In this document: in pieces, positions 11,387 through 25,700 of the stretch
How positions within the stretch are numbered: position 1 is the stretch's first letter
Layout of the letters: each line of letters starts with the position of its first letter
DNA from: Octopus sinensis
Lineage: Eukaryota
Assembly (NCBI RefSeq): GCF_006345805.1
Contig: NC_043007.1
Coordinates: forward strand, 17,732,001-17,796,000
DNA length: 64,000 nucleotides
Direction of reading: 5' to 3'
Position numbers and translations under genes: made by a program
Notes under the pieces: generated by a model
Database searches by the model: none
Told to the model about the DNA's origin: nothing
The model's input: only the letters and a program-made list of their open reading frames with translations

Positions 11387-11638
11387 TTATATTGGTCATG
11401 AAGTATATACCTTTCTCTCTGTCAGTGTTGTTGTGAAACTTGTGCATTGCATGCTGTGTTACACCACTGTTCATGTTATGCATGTTTATGCACATCTGTG
11501 TAATGTAGTTGTGATGTGCGTACTTCTCAGTGACAAAACCCTAAAGAAAATCGATGATGCTCAGGACATAGTTTTCTCTTTTTTAGGTTTTGTTCATCAT
11601 GATTTTGTTTATTCTTAAGCCCCACCACAACCAACTGT

Positions 11639-11849
11639 TACTCTTTTACTTGTTTCAGTCATTTCACTGTGGCCATGCTGGAACACCGCCCTTAGTCGAG
11701 CAAATCGGCCCCAGGACTTATTCTTTGTAAGCCTAGTACTTATTCTATCGGTCTCTTTTGCCGAACTGCTAAGTTACCGGGACGTAAACACACCAGCATC
11801 GGTTATCAAGCAATGTTGGGGGAACAAACACAGACACACAAACATATAC

Positions 11850-11926
<77 letters not shown>

Positions 11927-12148
11927 GTGTGTGTGTGTGTGTGTGTGTATGTATGTGTATAGGAATATATATATACTTATATACGACAGGCTTCTTTCAG
12001 TTTCCACCTACCAAATCCACTCACAAGGCTTTGGTCGGCCCGAGGCTATAGTAGAAGACACTTGCCCAAGGTGCCACACAGTGAGACTGAACCCGGAACC
12101 ATGTGGTTGGTAAGCAAGCTACTTACCACACAGCCACTCCTACGCCTA
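11639..12148 (-). mobile_element. family A CORE-type SINE with expanded central microsatellite
   Basis: Full-length match to 1421-1809. Confidence 0.88.
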
Positions 12149-13549
12149 TGTTGTTTATTTTGCTTGTATTATTTCCTTTGAAAGCTAATAGTGGTTATAT
12201 GCCGGAAGTTATTACTGATATCATTAACTGATGCTGTTATTATTAAACACAGACTTGTGGGGTGGATGACATATTGTGTTTACTTGCATTAAATGAATAA
12301 TAATGATATATTATGCTATTAAGTAATTATTTATTTGTTTATTTAATAAGATTAAATCCTGCAAATTCTATTATGGATGAATATTTCCCTCTTCTTTTCT
12401 ATTCTCCTCAGTTCTGTTTAATTACCTGTAATAATATTGAATTTGGTTCATTAGAAACTTAATTTTGGGTCCTGTCACAAGGTTGGGAACTATTTCTCCT
12501 TATACATACACAAGGGTTAATTTTATAAGGGTGCTGACTACTGTAATTTGATGGCATATAAGACACATTTTCGCTAAAAAAAAATGCCTCAGAAAATCGT
12601 TCTAGGTCCCATGGGCCTGAGAACAGGGGTTGCAGGTGGTGCAAGTGCAACCCCCTAAAATTTTCTTGGAGTTCAGAACCAAAATTTGCAGCCCTACTTA
12701 TTTTCCCTCGGGTTTAGAAAACGGTAAATAAAAAGTGATGTGTAAAAAGTAGCTGGAATTTAGGTTCCTTCTCAAAGAACAAAACACAAAAATAGCAAAA
12801 AAAAAAAAAAAAAAAGAAAAAAAAAGACCTTGTTTGTAAATATTTTTGGACCTGGGTTTGCACTCCTTAAGCAAATTTCATTCCCGAGCCAGTGCTAGGT
12901 CCTATATGTGAAGTTAGGCCCCTAATGAGCTTTAGTGCATGAAAAATCGTTTTTCTTGATATGTGCTGCTGAAATCAGGGTGTGTCTGATATACCTTTGC
13001 ATCTCTTATGCCATCAAATATGGTACATTTGTTCAATTTATGGTTAGTTTAATTACTGCTATTTATTTAATTGATGAATTAGTGGTGAAACATAAAGTTG
13101 GCTCTTAATGAGATTTGAACTGTGGACATTAGCGTCTTCAGTCTTGTAATTTACTTTCTTGGCTGTCTTTGCCACTCTTTTTACTACCTCTCTCTCTCTA
13201 TATATATATTGAAATTGTTCATATTAGTCTCATCTCTTTCATCCCCTCTCAGTATCTCTCTCCCTAACATCTCAACTGTTTTTCTTTTCACTCTCTTGTT
13301 TCTTTCCACTCTATCTTCTGATCTCTCCCATCTTTCCTTCTCTCTCTCATTTAAGAAAACAAAAACACAACTCCAATAGTTATTGAATATATCATCTATA
13401 AGGAAGGACCATAGTTAAAGTTATCAACAACGCTTACAGACATGTTTTCATGACAAACATTATGATAAACTCTACTTTCCTCTTTGTAAAACCCAACACT
13501 ATAGGTTTTTCATGTAATCTTTTGATGTTTTTCTTTTTTTCATTTCCAG

Positions 13550-13732
13550 ATAAATGAAACAGTTCCATTAATGGGCCGTTCAGGAATTCTTGGTGAACAG
13601 AAAAACAATTTCTTCAAGGATGTGGCCTGTGGTAAAGGTGCTATGTCTGCCTATACTTACACAATAACACAGTCTGGCTTGCTTTGTGAGTTCAATGAGA
13701 AACGTTTGCTTGAAAAATGGGTTGAGTTACGG
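13550..13732 (+). CDS. MAPKBP1: MAPKBP1/WDR62 exon ([10 protein letters not shown]...KWVELR), phase 0-0
   Basis: tttccag|ATA acceptor, CGG|gtgagt donor; 183 nt. Confidence 0.95.
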
Positions 13733-16700
13733 GTGAGTATTCACATTCCACCATATAAATTATCTGTAGTATGAGGGATGAAGTGTGATTCACCAACCTC
13801 TTGGATTCTCTTACAGTGTCAACTTTCCAGCTAGGTTACATCCAAAGGCGCTCTACCTGCCTAACTTCTTGCCAGAACCTAACAACACATTCCTTCTTTA
13901 TCACACGTCCACACACGCCTGTGCACCATGACTGCCCCAAAGCAAAGAGGCCCACACTGGTCCTACTTAGGAGAAGCCCACGCTGATCCGACTTATGCTC
14001 ATGTGACCTCCCTCACTGCTGGCCATCTGGTAGGGTCCCTCAGCTCCTGATGTCACTGACCCTATACTTCTGGTTCACCTCATCCCCACATTGTCTATCA
14101 GCTGTTTGGAACATTTATGTGTGTACATACATACGCATGTGGGTCTGAGTGCACGTGCACACACACACACGTTTCTACTTGTGTGTGTTTTAACAGCCGA
14201 ATTCTTTAACAAGACCTGTTTTACAGGCCTAGAGGATAACGATATTACTATCTAGTTTTATTGACATTGTGGGGAGCAAGGATTGTGTGAGGTAGTTGGT
14301 GAAGTCGGTGTGGGGCAGTGGTGTGGGTACACTAAGAGATTATACAGTGTGAAATGGGTGTGTTGATTGGTTTGGGGGTATTAATGAACAGCAACTAATC
14401 ACCATATTTACTTGTGAATAAGTCCAAATATTTTATACGTGATGTTTAAGTAGGAAAATTGGGGTGCGACATATACACGGGGCAAAGTTTAAATATGAAA
14501 GGGAAAACTTTTGTACCAAGATTTAGCACGAAATTAGGGGTGTGACTTACATGTAAATATATTAGTTCAGTGTCAAGGATGGCTGTTGGGATGGTGATAG
14601 GAAAAGCAGGAGAAAGGTAGACCAGAAGTACTACAGTTTTGGAGACTGCTTTTGAATATAGTCTACTGAATTTTCATTCACATCAATGTTAGATGGGTGG
14701 TGTTGGTTTGGGAGTGGGGCGAATGATGATCATGGCTGCTGACATGATTCGGAGACCAATTGCTAAGTTGTAGCATGAAGGACACGAAGGAGTTTCACTT
14801 GAATGAAGAAGTTCTGAAGGATTTCGTTTGTATTTCATATTGGAGGTTGTTTGTGTTACAAATTGTATAATATCTGGTTTTGGAAGAGAATACTTTGTGG
14901 CTGGAAAACTGGAGAAGTTATAGGGTCTGAAATGCAATACATGCACACACACACACACACACGTATATATGATATGGAAATAAATATTTTGTAGAAGTAA
15001 CCAGAACATTATCTTAATGTACTGACTTCAGCAAAAGACTTGGAGAAGGAAATATTAATATTTCTGTGTATGTGTGCGTGCGTGCACACACACACACGCA
15101 CAGAGTAATGTAAAAACAGTTACTATGTAACATAAAGATGTGAGTGTATGTGGAGTGCACAAATACATAAATGATTTGTTGGCTGGGTAATGTTAGTTTG
15201 AAGAAAATAGGCTGATACAGATGGCTTTCAAAGATGTCTGAGAATTAAATTAACAAAGACTTGGAAAAAGGTGAAGGGATTGTGAATGAAGAGTGTTTCA
15301 GGTGAGTACGATGGAAGCTGTATGTTTTGATTTTAAACAGCTTAAGTTGGTGGATGATGTGTTTAATGATGCTGGAGACGTTGGAAGTGCTTATTTTGAC
15401 AGATTCAGCTGTAGATGGTTGGTATGAAGGTAGAAGGGAAATAGAACAAAATAGACACAGTCAAACTCTTAGACTTCAGTTACATTTGCCTTGACTTTCA
15501 ATTAGTTTTACACATTTATGGAGCCTCTCTTGGTGTCAAACTAAACATTAAACTACAAGCCAAAAGGGATAGTCTCGAAATAGCAAACAAAATCTCCCTC
15601 AAAATCATACGCTATTGTATTATGTATAGCAAAAAAGGACAAAGCTCATTAGATAATAAAAGTTGTAGTTACTAAAAAAAGTCAGATTGATCATAACAGG
15701 AATGCTTTAGGTCTATTTGATCATTGCTGACCTGAAGTTAAACAACAACAACAGCTAGTAGACGTAGGAGTGACTGTGTGGTAAGTAGCTTGCTTATGAA
15801 CCTCATGGTTCTGGGTTCAGTCCCACTGCGTGGCACCTTGGGCAAGTGTTTTCTACTATACCCATGGGCCGACCAAACCCTTGTGAGTGGATTTGGTAGA
15901 TGGGAACTGAAAGAAGCCCATCATATATATGTGTGTGTTTGTCCCCCCAACATTGCTTGACAAACGATGTTGGTGTGTTTACGTCCCCGTAATTTAGCGG
16001 TTCGGCAAAAAGAGACCGATAGGCTTACAAAGAATAAGTCCTGGGGTCGATTTGCTCGACTAAAGGCGGTGCTCCAGCATGGCCACAGTGAAATGACTGA
16101 AACAAGTAAAAGAGAGTAAAAGAAAAAGAGAATATTAGGAATGTTTGTAGAAGTCTTCATCAGGGTTCATAGTTACGTCAGCTGGTTTGACTCAGCTTGA
16201 TTCTCCAGTATCATGTGTAGTGGATTGATCATTTGATTTCTGGTTGACCATTTCCTAACATTAACAGCTTTTTTTTTTTCTTTTAATGGTGGGGTGATTG
16301 TGGAGGGGGTTACATGCATTTGTAAGCAATAACTTCACTGGACATTTGAGTTCAATAAAGCCGTCAATGCTTCTCTGCATATTTATACAACTCGTCTAAT
16401 ATTCAACCTGTGGACACAGAAAATTAAATGCAAACAGTAAATTCTTTATTCATACTTTAATTGACTATTCTAGTAAATTAAATCAATTTCACTGTACACA
16501 GCAACCTTGTGGCACTCTGAAAGTTTTAGGTTCAAATTCCTCTTAGTTTTTTTCTCAGGATGTCTTCTTTATGGCTGTTTTAATATAATTTACCTAAGAT
16601 CCTTATAAATTTACTTGTGGTAAATAATTATCTTTGATTTTGCTTTTCATGGGATCAGTCATGAAAGCTTCTGATCAGGTAGCTTCTAATGTCATATATT

Positions 16701-19700
16701 GATATAATGAGAAGCTTTGTTATTTGTTTGATGTAAGCAAGTTGGGAAATAGATTCCATCTATCTGTCTGCCTGTCAGTCCATCTGCCCGCCAGTCCGTC
16801 TGCCCGCCTGTCCGTCTGCCCGCCAGTCCGTCTGCCCACCAGTCCGTCTGTCCGCCAGTCTGTCTGCCTCCTGCCGGATCTTTTCTATTCTGAAGCCAGT
16901 TTTTTCAAATTTTTCCTACTGAACCAAACAATTTGAAACTTCGTATACTGGTAGAATGTGTCAAAAGTAAACTTAATTGTAAACCAGAATGAAAACGGAA
17001 TTGTAACTTCTAAGTTTAACGTTGTTTAATAATTAGAATTTTAACCAATGATATTCCGTCATTCGGCTTTATTTTATTTACTCCGTCTCGACCACCAATT
17101 TCGTGACGTATTAGACATCTTAAATGTAAACAAGCTATAGTCAGCCACCTTCTAATAACAAAAGTTTGTCTTTGAAGTTACCGTCTAGGGGAAGCATTGA
17201 TGTACATGTGTGTGTGTGTATGTGTTTGATGGGGTGTGGGAGACAGTATGTTGTGTAAGTGAAGTGCTTCTGTTAGTGTGTGTGAAGAGACAGAGAGAGT
17301 AATGTGTGAAAGAGAGAGATAACTGAAATTTTTTACTCGGTGTATGTGTATATGTATGTCTGCATGTATGTGTGTGTGTATGTGTAAGTATGTGTGTGTG
17401 TGTATGTATGTGTGTGTGTGTATGTATGTATGGCCGATTCATCGTAATTACGATGAATCGGCCATACATACACACACACACATACATGCAGACATACATA
17501 TACACATACACCGAGTAAAAAATTTCAGTTATCTCTCTCTTTCACACATTACTCTCTCTGTCTCTTCACACACACTAACAGAAGCACTTCACTTACACAA
17601 CATACTGTCTCCCACACCCCATCAAACACATACACACACACACATGTACATCAATGCTTCCCCTAGACGGTAACTTCAAAGACAAACTTCCCTCGTCATA
17701 AAATCGCTTCCTCTTAGTCTCTTTCGCTCTCATTACTTATGTAAAAAAATAAAAGTTTTTTACGGAAATCGACGGAAAACTTGTGCTACGACAAGCGAAA
17801 CTTCGCCGAAATTTAATATTAAAAAAGCAAAGAGCTGGCAGAAACATTAGCACGCCGGGCGAAATGCGTAGCCGTATTTTGTCTGCCGTGTTTGTTTACA
17901 GTTTTCCGAACGTTAGTACGTCACAAAAGCGCTTTCTACGTCACACTAATAGAATGCAGTCAAGTTTTACACATGAAAACAAACAATCTGATTGGTTAAA
18001 ATTCGCAGTTTTAATCTACGATTAAAGTCATAAAATAGATTTTTCTCAAATAAACTAGTTCCAACCTGTGTCTTGTTTTGCTAGACTCTATCAGCATACG
18101 AAGTTTCAGATTATTTAGTTAAGTAGAAAGATCTGTGGTCCTGGCTTCAGAATAGAAAAGATCCCTCCTGCCCACCAGTCTGTCTGTATGTCTGCCTGGC
18201 TGCCCACCCCTCTATCCCTCCATTTTTCTCCTTTTTTCTCGCTCCTTTTTTTCTGTGTTTTTCCCCTCTTTCTTTGGCAGAGAGAGAGAAAGAGAGAAAA
18301 ATACAAGCAAGGCTCTTTAATTGATGTCAGATACAATTCTCCTCTGCTCACACCATTGTGAGCATGTCAGCCCGTTATCCATGATATGTCAGTTTAGCAA
18401 ATTAACTTATCAACTTGTTAAACTGCCAAGTTAAATTGCTAACACAACATTTGGTCTTTTTACATATCATACTGATGTAATTTATAAAGTAATTTTTAAG
18501 GCTTATTATGTCTTGAAAAAGCTGTCAAGATTTTGTTTGATTTTATCTAGTATTAACAATTCTGCACATTATACTATTTGTGTTAATGTCTATACAAGAA
18601 ATTTTTAAATATTTTTTTTATTCTTTTACTTGTTTCAGTCATTTGACTGGAGCCATTCTGGAGCACTGCCTTGTGGGGTTTTAGTTGAACAAATTGACCC
18701 CAGGACTTATTTTTTAAGCCTAGTACTTATTCTATTAGTTTCTCTTGCTGAACCGCTAAGTTTCAGGGCCATAAACATGCCAACATTGGTTGTCGAGTGG
18801 TGACGGGACGTCGACAAATAGACACAAATACATACATACATCATACACACACACACACACACACAAATGACTTCTTTCTGTTTCTGTCTACCAAATCTAC
18901 TCACAAGGCTTTTGTTGGCCTAAGGCTATTGTAAGAAACACTTGCCCAAGGTGTCACACAGTGGGACTGAACCTGGAACTGCGTGGTTGGAAAGTAAGCT
19001 TCTTACCACACCTGTACCTATATACATACATACATACATGAAAATCGAAATCGATCAACATCAATGGAAATTGTAGCTGTGATACCAGTGCTGGTGGTAC
19101 GTAAGAGAACCATCCGAACGTGGCCGTTGCCAGCCTCGTCTGGCACGTAAAAAGCACCCACTACACTCACGGAGTGGTTGGCGTTAGGTAGGGCATCCAG
19201 CCGTAGAAACATTGCCAGATCAGACTGGAGCCTGGTGCAGCCTTCTGGCTTTCCAGACTCCAGTTGAACCGTCCGACCCATGCCAGCATGGAAAGCGGAC
19301 GCTAAATGATACATACATACATACATATGATGGACTTCTTTCAGTTTTTGTCTGCCAAGTACATTTATGAGGCTTTGGTCAGCCCTAGACATTATTAGAA
19401 GACACTTGCCCAAGGTGCCACGCAGTGGGACTGAACCTGGAACCATGTGGTTAGGAAGAAAGCTTCTTACCACACAGCCACGCCTGTGCCTATTATTTAT
19501 TCATAAAGAGGTGGCGAGTTGGCAGAATCATTAGCATGTTGGACAAAATGCTTAGCAGAATTCCTTCCGGCTCTTTATGATCTGAGTTCAAATCCTCTCA
19601 GGGTCAATATTGCCTTTCCTCCTTTAGGGATTAATAAAATAAGTACCTGTTGAATACTGGGGGTTGATGTAATTGACTGTCTCTCTTCCCTTAAATTGCT

Positions 19701-22700
19701 GGCCCTGTGCTAAAATTTGAAGCCATTATTTATTTATAATAATTATTTTTTACTTTTTTTTTTTAAATTTCTTTCAGGCGAAGAATGCAACTGGTATGGC
19801 TGTTGGAGAAAAGAACGTATTTATTGGTTGTGCCAATGGTGTGATCCGAGTGTTTGATGCTCAGAATCTTCATTTTGTGGCTTCCCTTCCCAAGCCTCAC
19901 CCTCTTGGGGTTGATGTTTCAGCAGCTGTCAATATCAGGTAATTTTTTTATTTATTAAAAATTTTTTTTTTTTACTTGTTTCACTCATTTGACTGTGGCC
20001 ATGCTGGAGCACCATCTTTAGTCAAGCAAATCGACCCCGGGTCTTATTCTTTGTAAGCCCAGTACTTATTCTATCGGTCTCTTTTGCTGAACCGCTAAGT
20101 GACGGGGACGTAAACACACCAGCATCGGTTGTCAAGCAATGTTGGCGGGACAAACACAGACACACAAACACATACACACACATATATATATATACATATA
20201 TACGACAGGCTTCTTTCAGTTTCCGTCTACCAAATCCACTCACAAGGCATTGGTCGGCCCGGGGCTATAGCAGAAGACACTTGCCCAAGATGCCATGCAG
20301 TGGGACTGAACCTGGAACCATGTGGTTGGTTAGCAAGCTACTTACCACACAGCCACTCCTGCGCCTATGTTTGAACTTCTTTAGTATTTCAGTTTTGTAC
20401 CTTCAAGTCATCACAATTTGTAGAATCTGTCTGTGTTGTAAACTTTATCCTCCCTTCTTCCTCTTTCCTCCTCCCTTTCTCCCTCTTCCCTTTCTTTCTG
20501 TCTCTAATAAGGATAATAATAAAAATGGTTGTTTTTGTTATCGCTCATCATCATCATCATCATCATTTAACGTCCGCTTTCCATGCTAGCATGGGTTGGA
20601 CGATTGACTGAGGTCTGGCGAACCAGACTCCATGTCTGTCCTTGTTTGTCCTCTCTGTGTTTAGCCCCTTGTGGGTAGTAAAGAAACAGGTATTTTGTCT
20701 GCCATTACGTTCTGAGTTCAAATTCCGCCGAGGTCGACTCTGCCTTTCATCCTTTTGGGGTCGATTAAATAAGTACCAGTTACGCACTGGGGTCGATGTA
20801 ATCGACTTAATCCGTTTGTCTGTCCTTGTTTGTCCCCTCTGTGTGTAGCCCCTTGGTGGCAGCAAAGAAATAAGAATTGGTCTAATGGTATTTGAATATA
20901 TTGATGACTGTATTAAATATAAAAACAGTTTGCTAATTGAGGTTTCGATAGGTTGCTATCTTTAGTCCCACATTGAAACCTGTAGGTGATGGTAAACCTC
21001 TGTATGCTAACGGTAGAAGGTGCTTGATGGAAGAGCAAAAAGAATAATACGAGGATGTTGTAACAGCATAGCAAATAGTGGCGTTTAGTGTGATTGGGGT
21101 ATGAGATGTTTTGGTGTCACTGATTTGATGCTGTCTTATTGGACATTAGATGTAATGTTTTTCTCCATCTCCCCCTCTCTCTGATTGTGCATTTGAATAT
21201 CTAGGTATGTATGTACGTGTAATGTCTTTCTCCCTCTCTCCTCCCCACACTCTATCCATATACGTATATTTCTGTGCGTGCAAGCGTGTGTGAATGTATG
21301 CTTGTATCCAGTGTCAAAACATACTGTCGTCAAAATGGGTTGACTGTCCATTCAGTCATGCCAAATCATCAGCGTTAAAATTGTCATACCCAGTTGACTC
21401 ATTCTGACATGACAGACCTGTCAAACCCTTTCTGATACAAAGAAATGTATGTTAAAATGATAAATGATAAGATTTGATTCTGATAGTGTTACTGTTGTTT
21501 TAACCCCAAATCAGCCCAGATTATAAAATCTGTAGACTTTATAATAACCAAAGGTGTTGCAGCTGTGACTATTCCATCTTTTATTTCATACAGTGTATCT
21601 AGGCATCTGTTATCGAAATGTCCTTCATCTTTTGAAGTTATGATCTGAGGGAGATTTGGCTGGTATTTCTAGCAAATTAAATGAAAATATAGGTCTTTTA
21701 AATAGTTATACTATGACAGTTTATTGTGATAATTTGTTATTTAGGAGATTAGAATAAATTATTGGCAAACCTCACTTTGCAAACTGTCTCTGTGTTCAAT
21801 ACAGTCTTTAGTTTGTCCAAACAATAGCATGTCTTTGTAATGCTTCTCTTCTGGTTAAGTCAGGTAAAGCAATCACTGCTGTAGCCTTTTCATGTTTGAG
21901 AGTGTTAGCAGTTTATGCAGATACACCAAAACATACAGACTTTGCAAGAATGAGAAATGGCAAGTGAAATATTCCTTTCTACTCTAGGCACAAGGCTCGA
22001 AATTTTTGGGGAGGAGGCCAGTCGATTAGATAAGCCCAGTATGCAACTAGTACTTAATTTATCGACACTGAAAGGATGAAAGGTAAAGTCGACCTCGACA
22101 GAATTTGAACTCGGAACATAAAGACAGACAAAATACTGCTAAGCATCTTGCCTGGCGTGCTAACGTTTCTGCCAGTTCGCCACAAGTGAAATGTTAATAA
22201 GAAAACAATGTTGTCTTAATGTGTTATTTCTCATTCTAAATTTCAGCCAAGTGTGTCCGAAAACAGATGCCCTTTATCCTGATTCTATGGCTTTAACTTA
22301 TGATGATATTAATAAAAAGGTAAGAATTAAATTTTAAAACTTCATAATAAATGGGTAGGCATTGGAGGCGTGATGCATACCCTGCGCACTGATAAATTTC
22401 TTTGTTGTATGTCACCAAGTTTAAATATTAATAATTATCTCAGAATATGATCTAAGTTAAAGGAAATTTGTCAGAGAAGTGAAAAGATAGTTTTTATTTT
22501 CCATTTCCACTGAAGGACCAGGTGTGTTGAAGAAGCTACTTATATTTCAACTGGTTTTCAGGAAAACGTTAAAATACAAGTTGGCAAAGAAATTTGAATG
22601 TTATTTTAGGGAGTTTGGAATTAAAATTCAGAAAAAAGACCTGTTTCACCAACACGTTCAAACGACTTAGCTACAGACATAATCTCTCCTCTCTCTGCCT

Positions 22701-25700
22701 TTTGTTTCACTGCTACAGTGATGCTCATTTTTCAGAGCTGGCTAGTTTTGTCCACCTCCATTCAAGAAACCATGACTTTCCTATACTCATCGTACCCACT
22801 TTTCAGGCAATGCACTAACTACTATGCTGTGTCCTTCCTCCTTAAGCATGGAACAAACTGCTGGCATCAGTCGTTAGTTGTCGGAGCACTGCATCCTTCA
22901 AAACTTCCATGCTTACTGAGATTTGCCAACACTGCACCTGATTTTCTCCCCTCCATACACACGCAAGCATGTATCTGACTCATGCATTGTTCGCTTTCTA
23001 GACATTTGTACATTACTGCATATACTTTATACGCACTTTCTGACAAGTTGTGGTGCACCTGAGCACTGTATACAATAATTTCATTATTGTTATTATTATT
23101 ATAGCATCAGTCTTCTGGAATTCCTTCCCTGTACTTTTCTTTCTCGCAACCATCGACTTGTAACTGTTAAAAAGATATGTTAACCATATTATTCTCCTTG
23201 GTTTTGGCGGTTTTGCAAAGTTGATGGGCTCAGCCCCTTCCTCCAGACCAAACTAATAAAAATTGGAAAAATAAATGCAGCCAAAAACCCCCCTAAAAAT
23301 ACAAACAATATTAGTGAATGGCTAATATTTTCATCTTTGCATTAAGCACAGGAAACAGCTTTAGACATGTTTCAGTTTTATTCTGACCTTATCAGTAAAA
23401 CATGAATTTTACCATTCATCACTATTAGATGTCATCTGATCTCAGCAGGTTAAATATATGATGTCTATTCAGGTCTTTCCTTTGCCATACTTACTCAATT
23501 ATCATATATATATATATGATAGTTTAATTCAGTCCTTATGTTATGAAACTAGTTTGTTCTGGGTCATCCTCTTGAGTATTTGCCATTTATTTTCCCCCTC
23601 TAGTAAGTCTTTGTATTCCCTGAGCTCTTACTATGTGACCAAAGTATTTTAACTGCCTTTCTTTTTATAGCTGAAAGTAACACTCTTTTTACATTTGCTA
23701 GTTGTCACACTTCTTCATAAGTTTTTGTCCAAGATATTCTTAACGTTCTTCTATATGTCAACATTTCAAAAGCTTCTAGTTTGTCAGATAATTTTCGTCT
23801 GTGTTCATTACTTATTAATAAAATCAGTAAGTAAATATACAAGATTGTACATTTTTTGTTGTTGGTGTAGTAAAATAGATGCTGTCTGCATAACAAACAA
23901 TAAGTAGGTTAAGTAGGTGTTAACATATTTAATATATAGACTATTGATGTGACTGTTGATATGAATTTGTACTTCAGCGGAGGTGCAGTTGAAACTAAAT
24001 ACCAAATAGTATTTTGTTAGGTCTCTCTACATTTGAAGTTCAAACCATTCAGGTTTATTGCTGTTGAACCCTAGCTTAGCTCAAACACAATTTTAACCAT
24101 CTCATTTTTTCATTCAGACATAACAGCATGGCAGTGTGGTTACAAAGTTCATTTCGCAACCACATAATTTTGAGTTCAGTCCCACAGCATGGCACCTTGG
24201 GCTGGTGACTTATACTGTATCCTTGGGGCAGCCAATGCCTTGTGAGTGAATTTGGTAGATGGAAACTGTCAAAATCTGATATATATATATATATTATCAT
24301 TGTTTAATGTCTGCTTTCCATGCTAGCATGGGTTGGACAATTTCACTGAGGACTGGCGAACCAGATGGCTGCACCAGGCTCCAATCTTGAATTGGCAGAG
24401 TTTTTACAGCTGGATGCCCTTCCTACCTCCAAGAGTGTAGTGGGTCCTTTTATGTGCCACCGGCACGAGGGCCAGTCAAGTGGTACTGGCAACGGCCATG
24501 CTCAAATGGTGCTTTTTATGTACCACCTGCACAGGGGATCATCATCATCACCATTTAACATTTGTTTTCCATGCTGGCATGAGTCAGGCGGTTTGACAGG
24601 AGTTGGCAGGGTGGAGAGCTGCACCAGGCTTCACTTGTTTATTTTGGCATGGTTTCTATGACTGGATGTCCTCCCTAACACCAACCACTTTACAGTGTGT
24701 ACTGGGTATTTTTTGAGTGCTATCAGCATGGGTACTTTTTACATGGTACCAGCACAGTTACTTTATCCTCACCCACCACCACTTGGCAACCAGCGTTTGA
24801 TTTGTTTATGTTTTTGTAACTTAGCGGTTTTGGAAAAGAGGCCGACAAAATAAGTACCTAACTTAAAAAATACTCACTGGGGGTGATTTGTTTGACTAAA
24901 TCCTTCAAGATCGTGTCCCAGCATGGCCACATTTCAATGACTGAAACAAGTAAAAGACAGAAGATAATCCATCTAGAAATATATTTCTCCTTTTTAAAAG
25001 TTTATCAAAAGAAATCATTAGTTTGTATTTCCTCTTTTTTACCTAAAAATATTTCTTGAACTAACCTTGGAATCCATTTGTTTCCTCTGTACACCTCTTC
25101 TAATGTCAGCCATAGGTAGTAAATCTACTTGCTTTCCTCACTCAGTTCATTGATTGTTGAGATAAAGACTGGATTAGCTAAGAGCACATGCTGTGATAGC
25201 TACCTTGTATTATATTGATTCTTACTTGTAAACAAAATTTGAAGAAGATGTGACCCAGTTTCACAGTGTGTATTTACCACTTCATATTTCTGTAACTTAA
25301 TGATTCTATGAAAATTACTTTCGATCTTCCAATATCTCATTACGTTTGCTGCTGTGTATTATTTATTGTTCCAGCATTAGTATCTTATTACCCTATGTCA
25401 TCGATTCCTCTCTACATTTTATTTTTTACTAGTCCAACTGATCAAACATAGTTTAACTTGAGCTAGGGCATCAAAATTATATGCTCGTCTCTGCATGGAA
25501 ACTTAACCCTTTCGTTACCAATCTGGCTGAAACCGGCTCTGGCTCTGAGTACAAATGTCTTGTTTTCATAAGTTTTGAATTAAAATCTTCCACCAAACCT
25601 TAGTCACAATTTATGTTCCTAACATTAGCTGAATGATATCTAAGTTATTTTACTAAATTCTTTGTTTATATTTAAAGTAATTGAAAGAAACAGAGAGCAT

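Noticed and set aside
12608-12894. hAT-like MITE
   Set aside because: Putative TIRs match only weakly and no TSD is evident.
13790-14110. Tx1/L1-like relic (GALP, CPKAKR)
   Set aside because: The motifs are in different frames and too short to support without a profile search.
19018-19473. 151-aa minus-strand ORF, the longest in the track
   Set aside because: Read-through of adjacent family A SINE and RTE UTR fragments.
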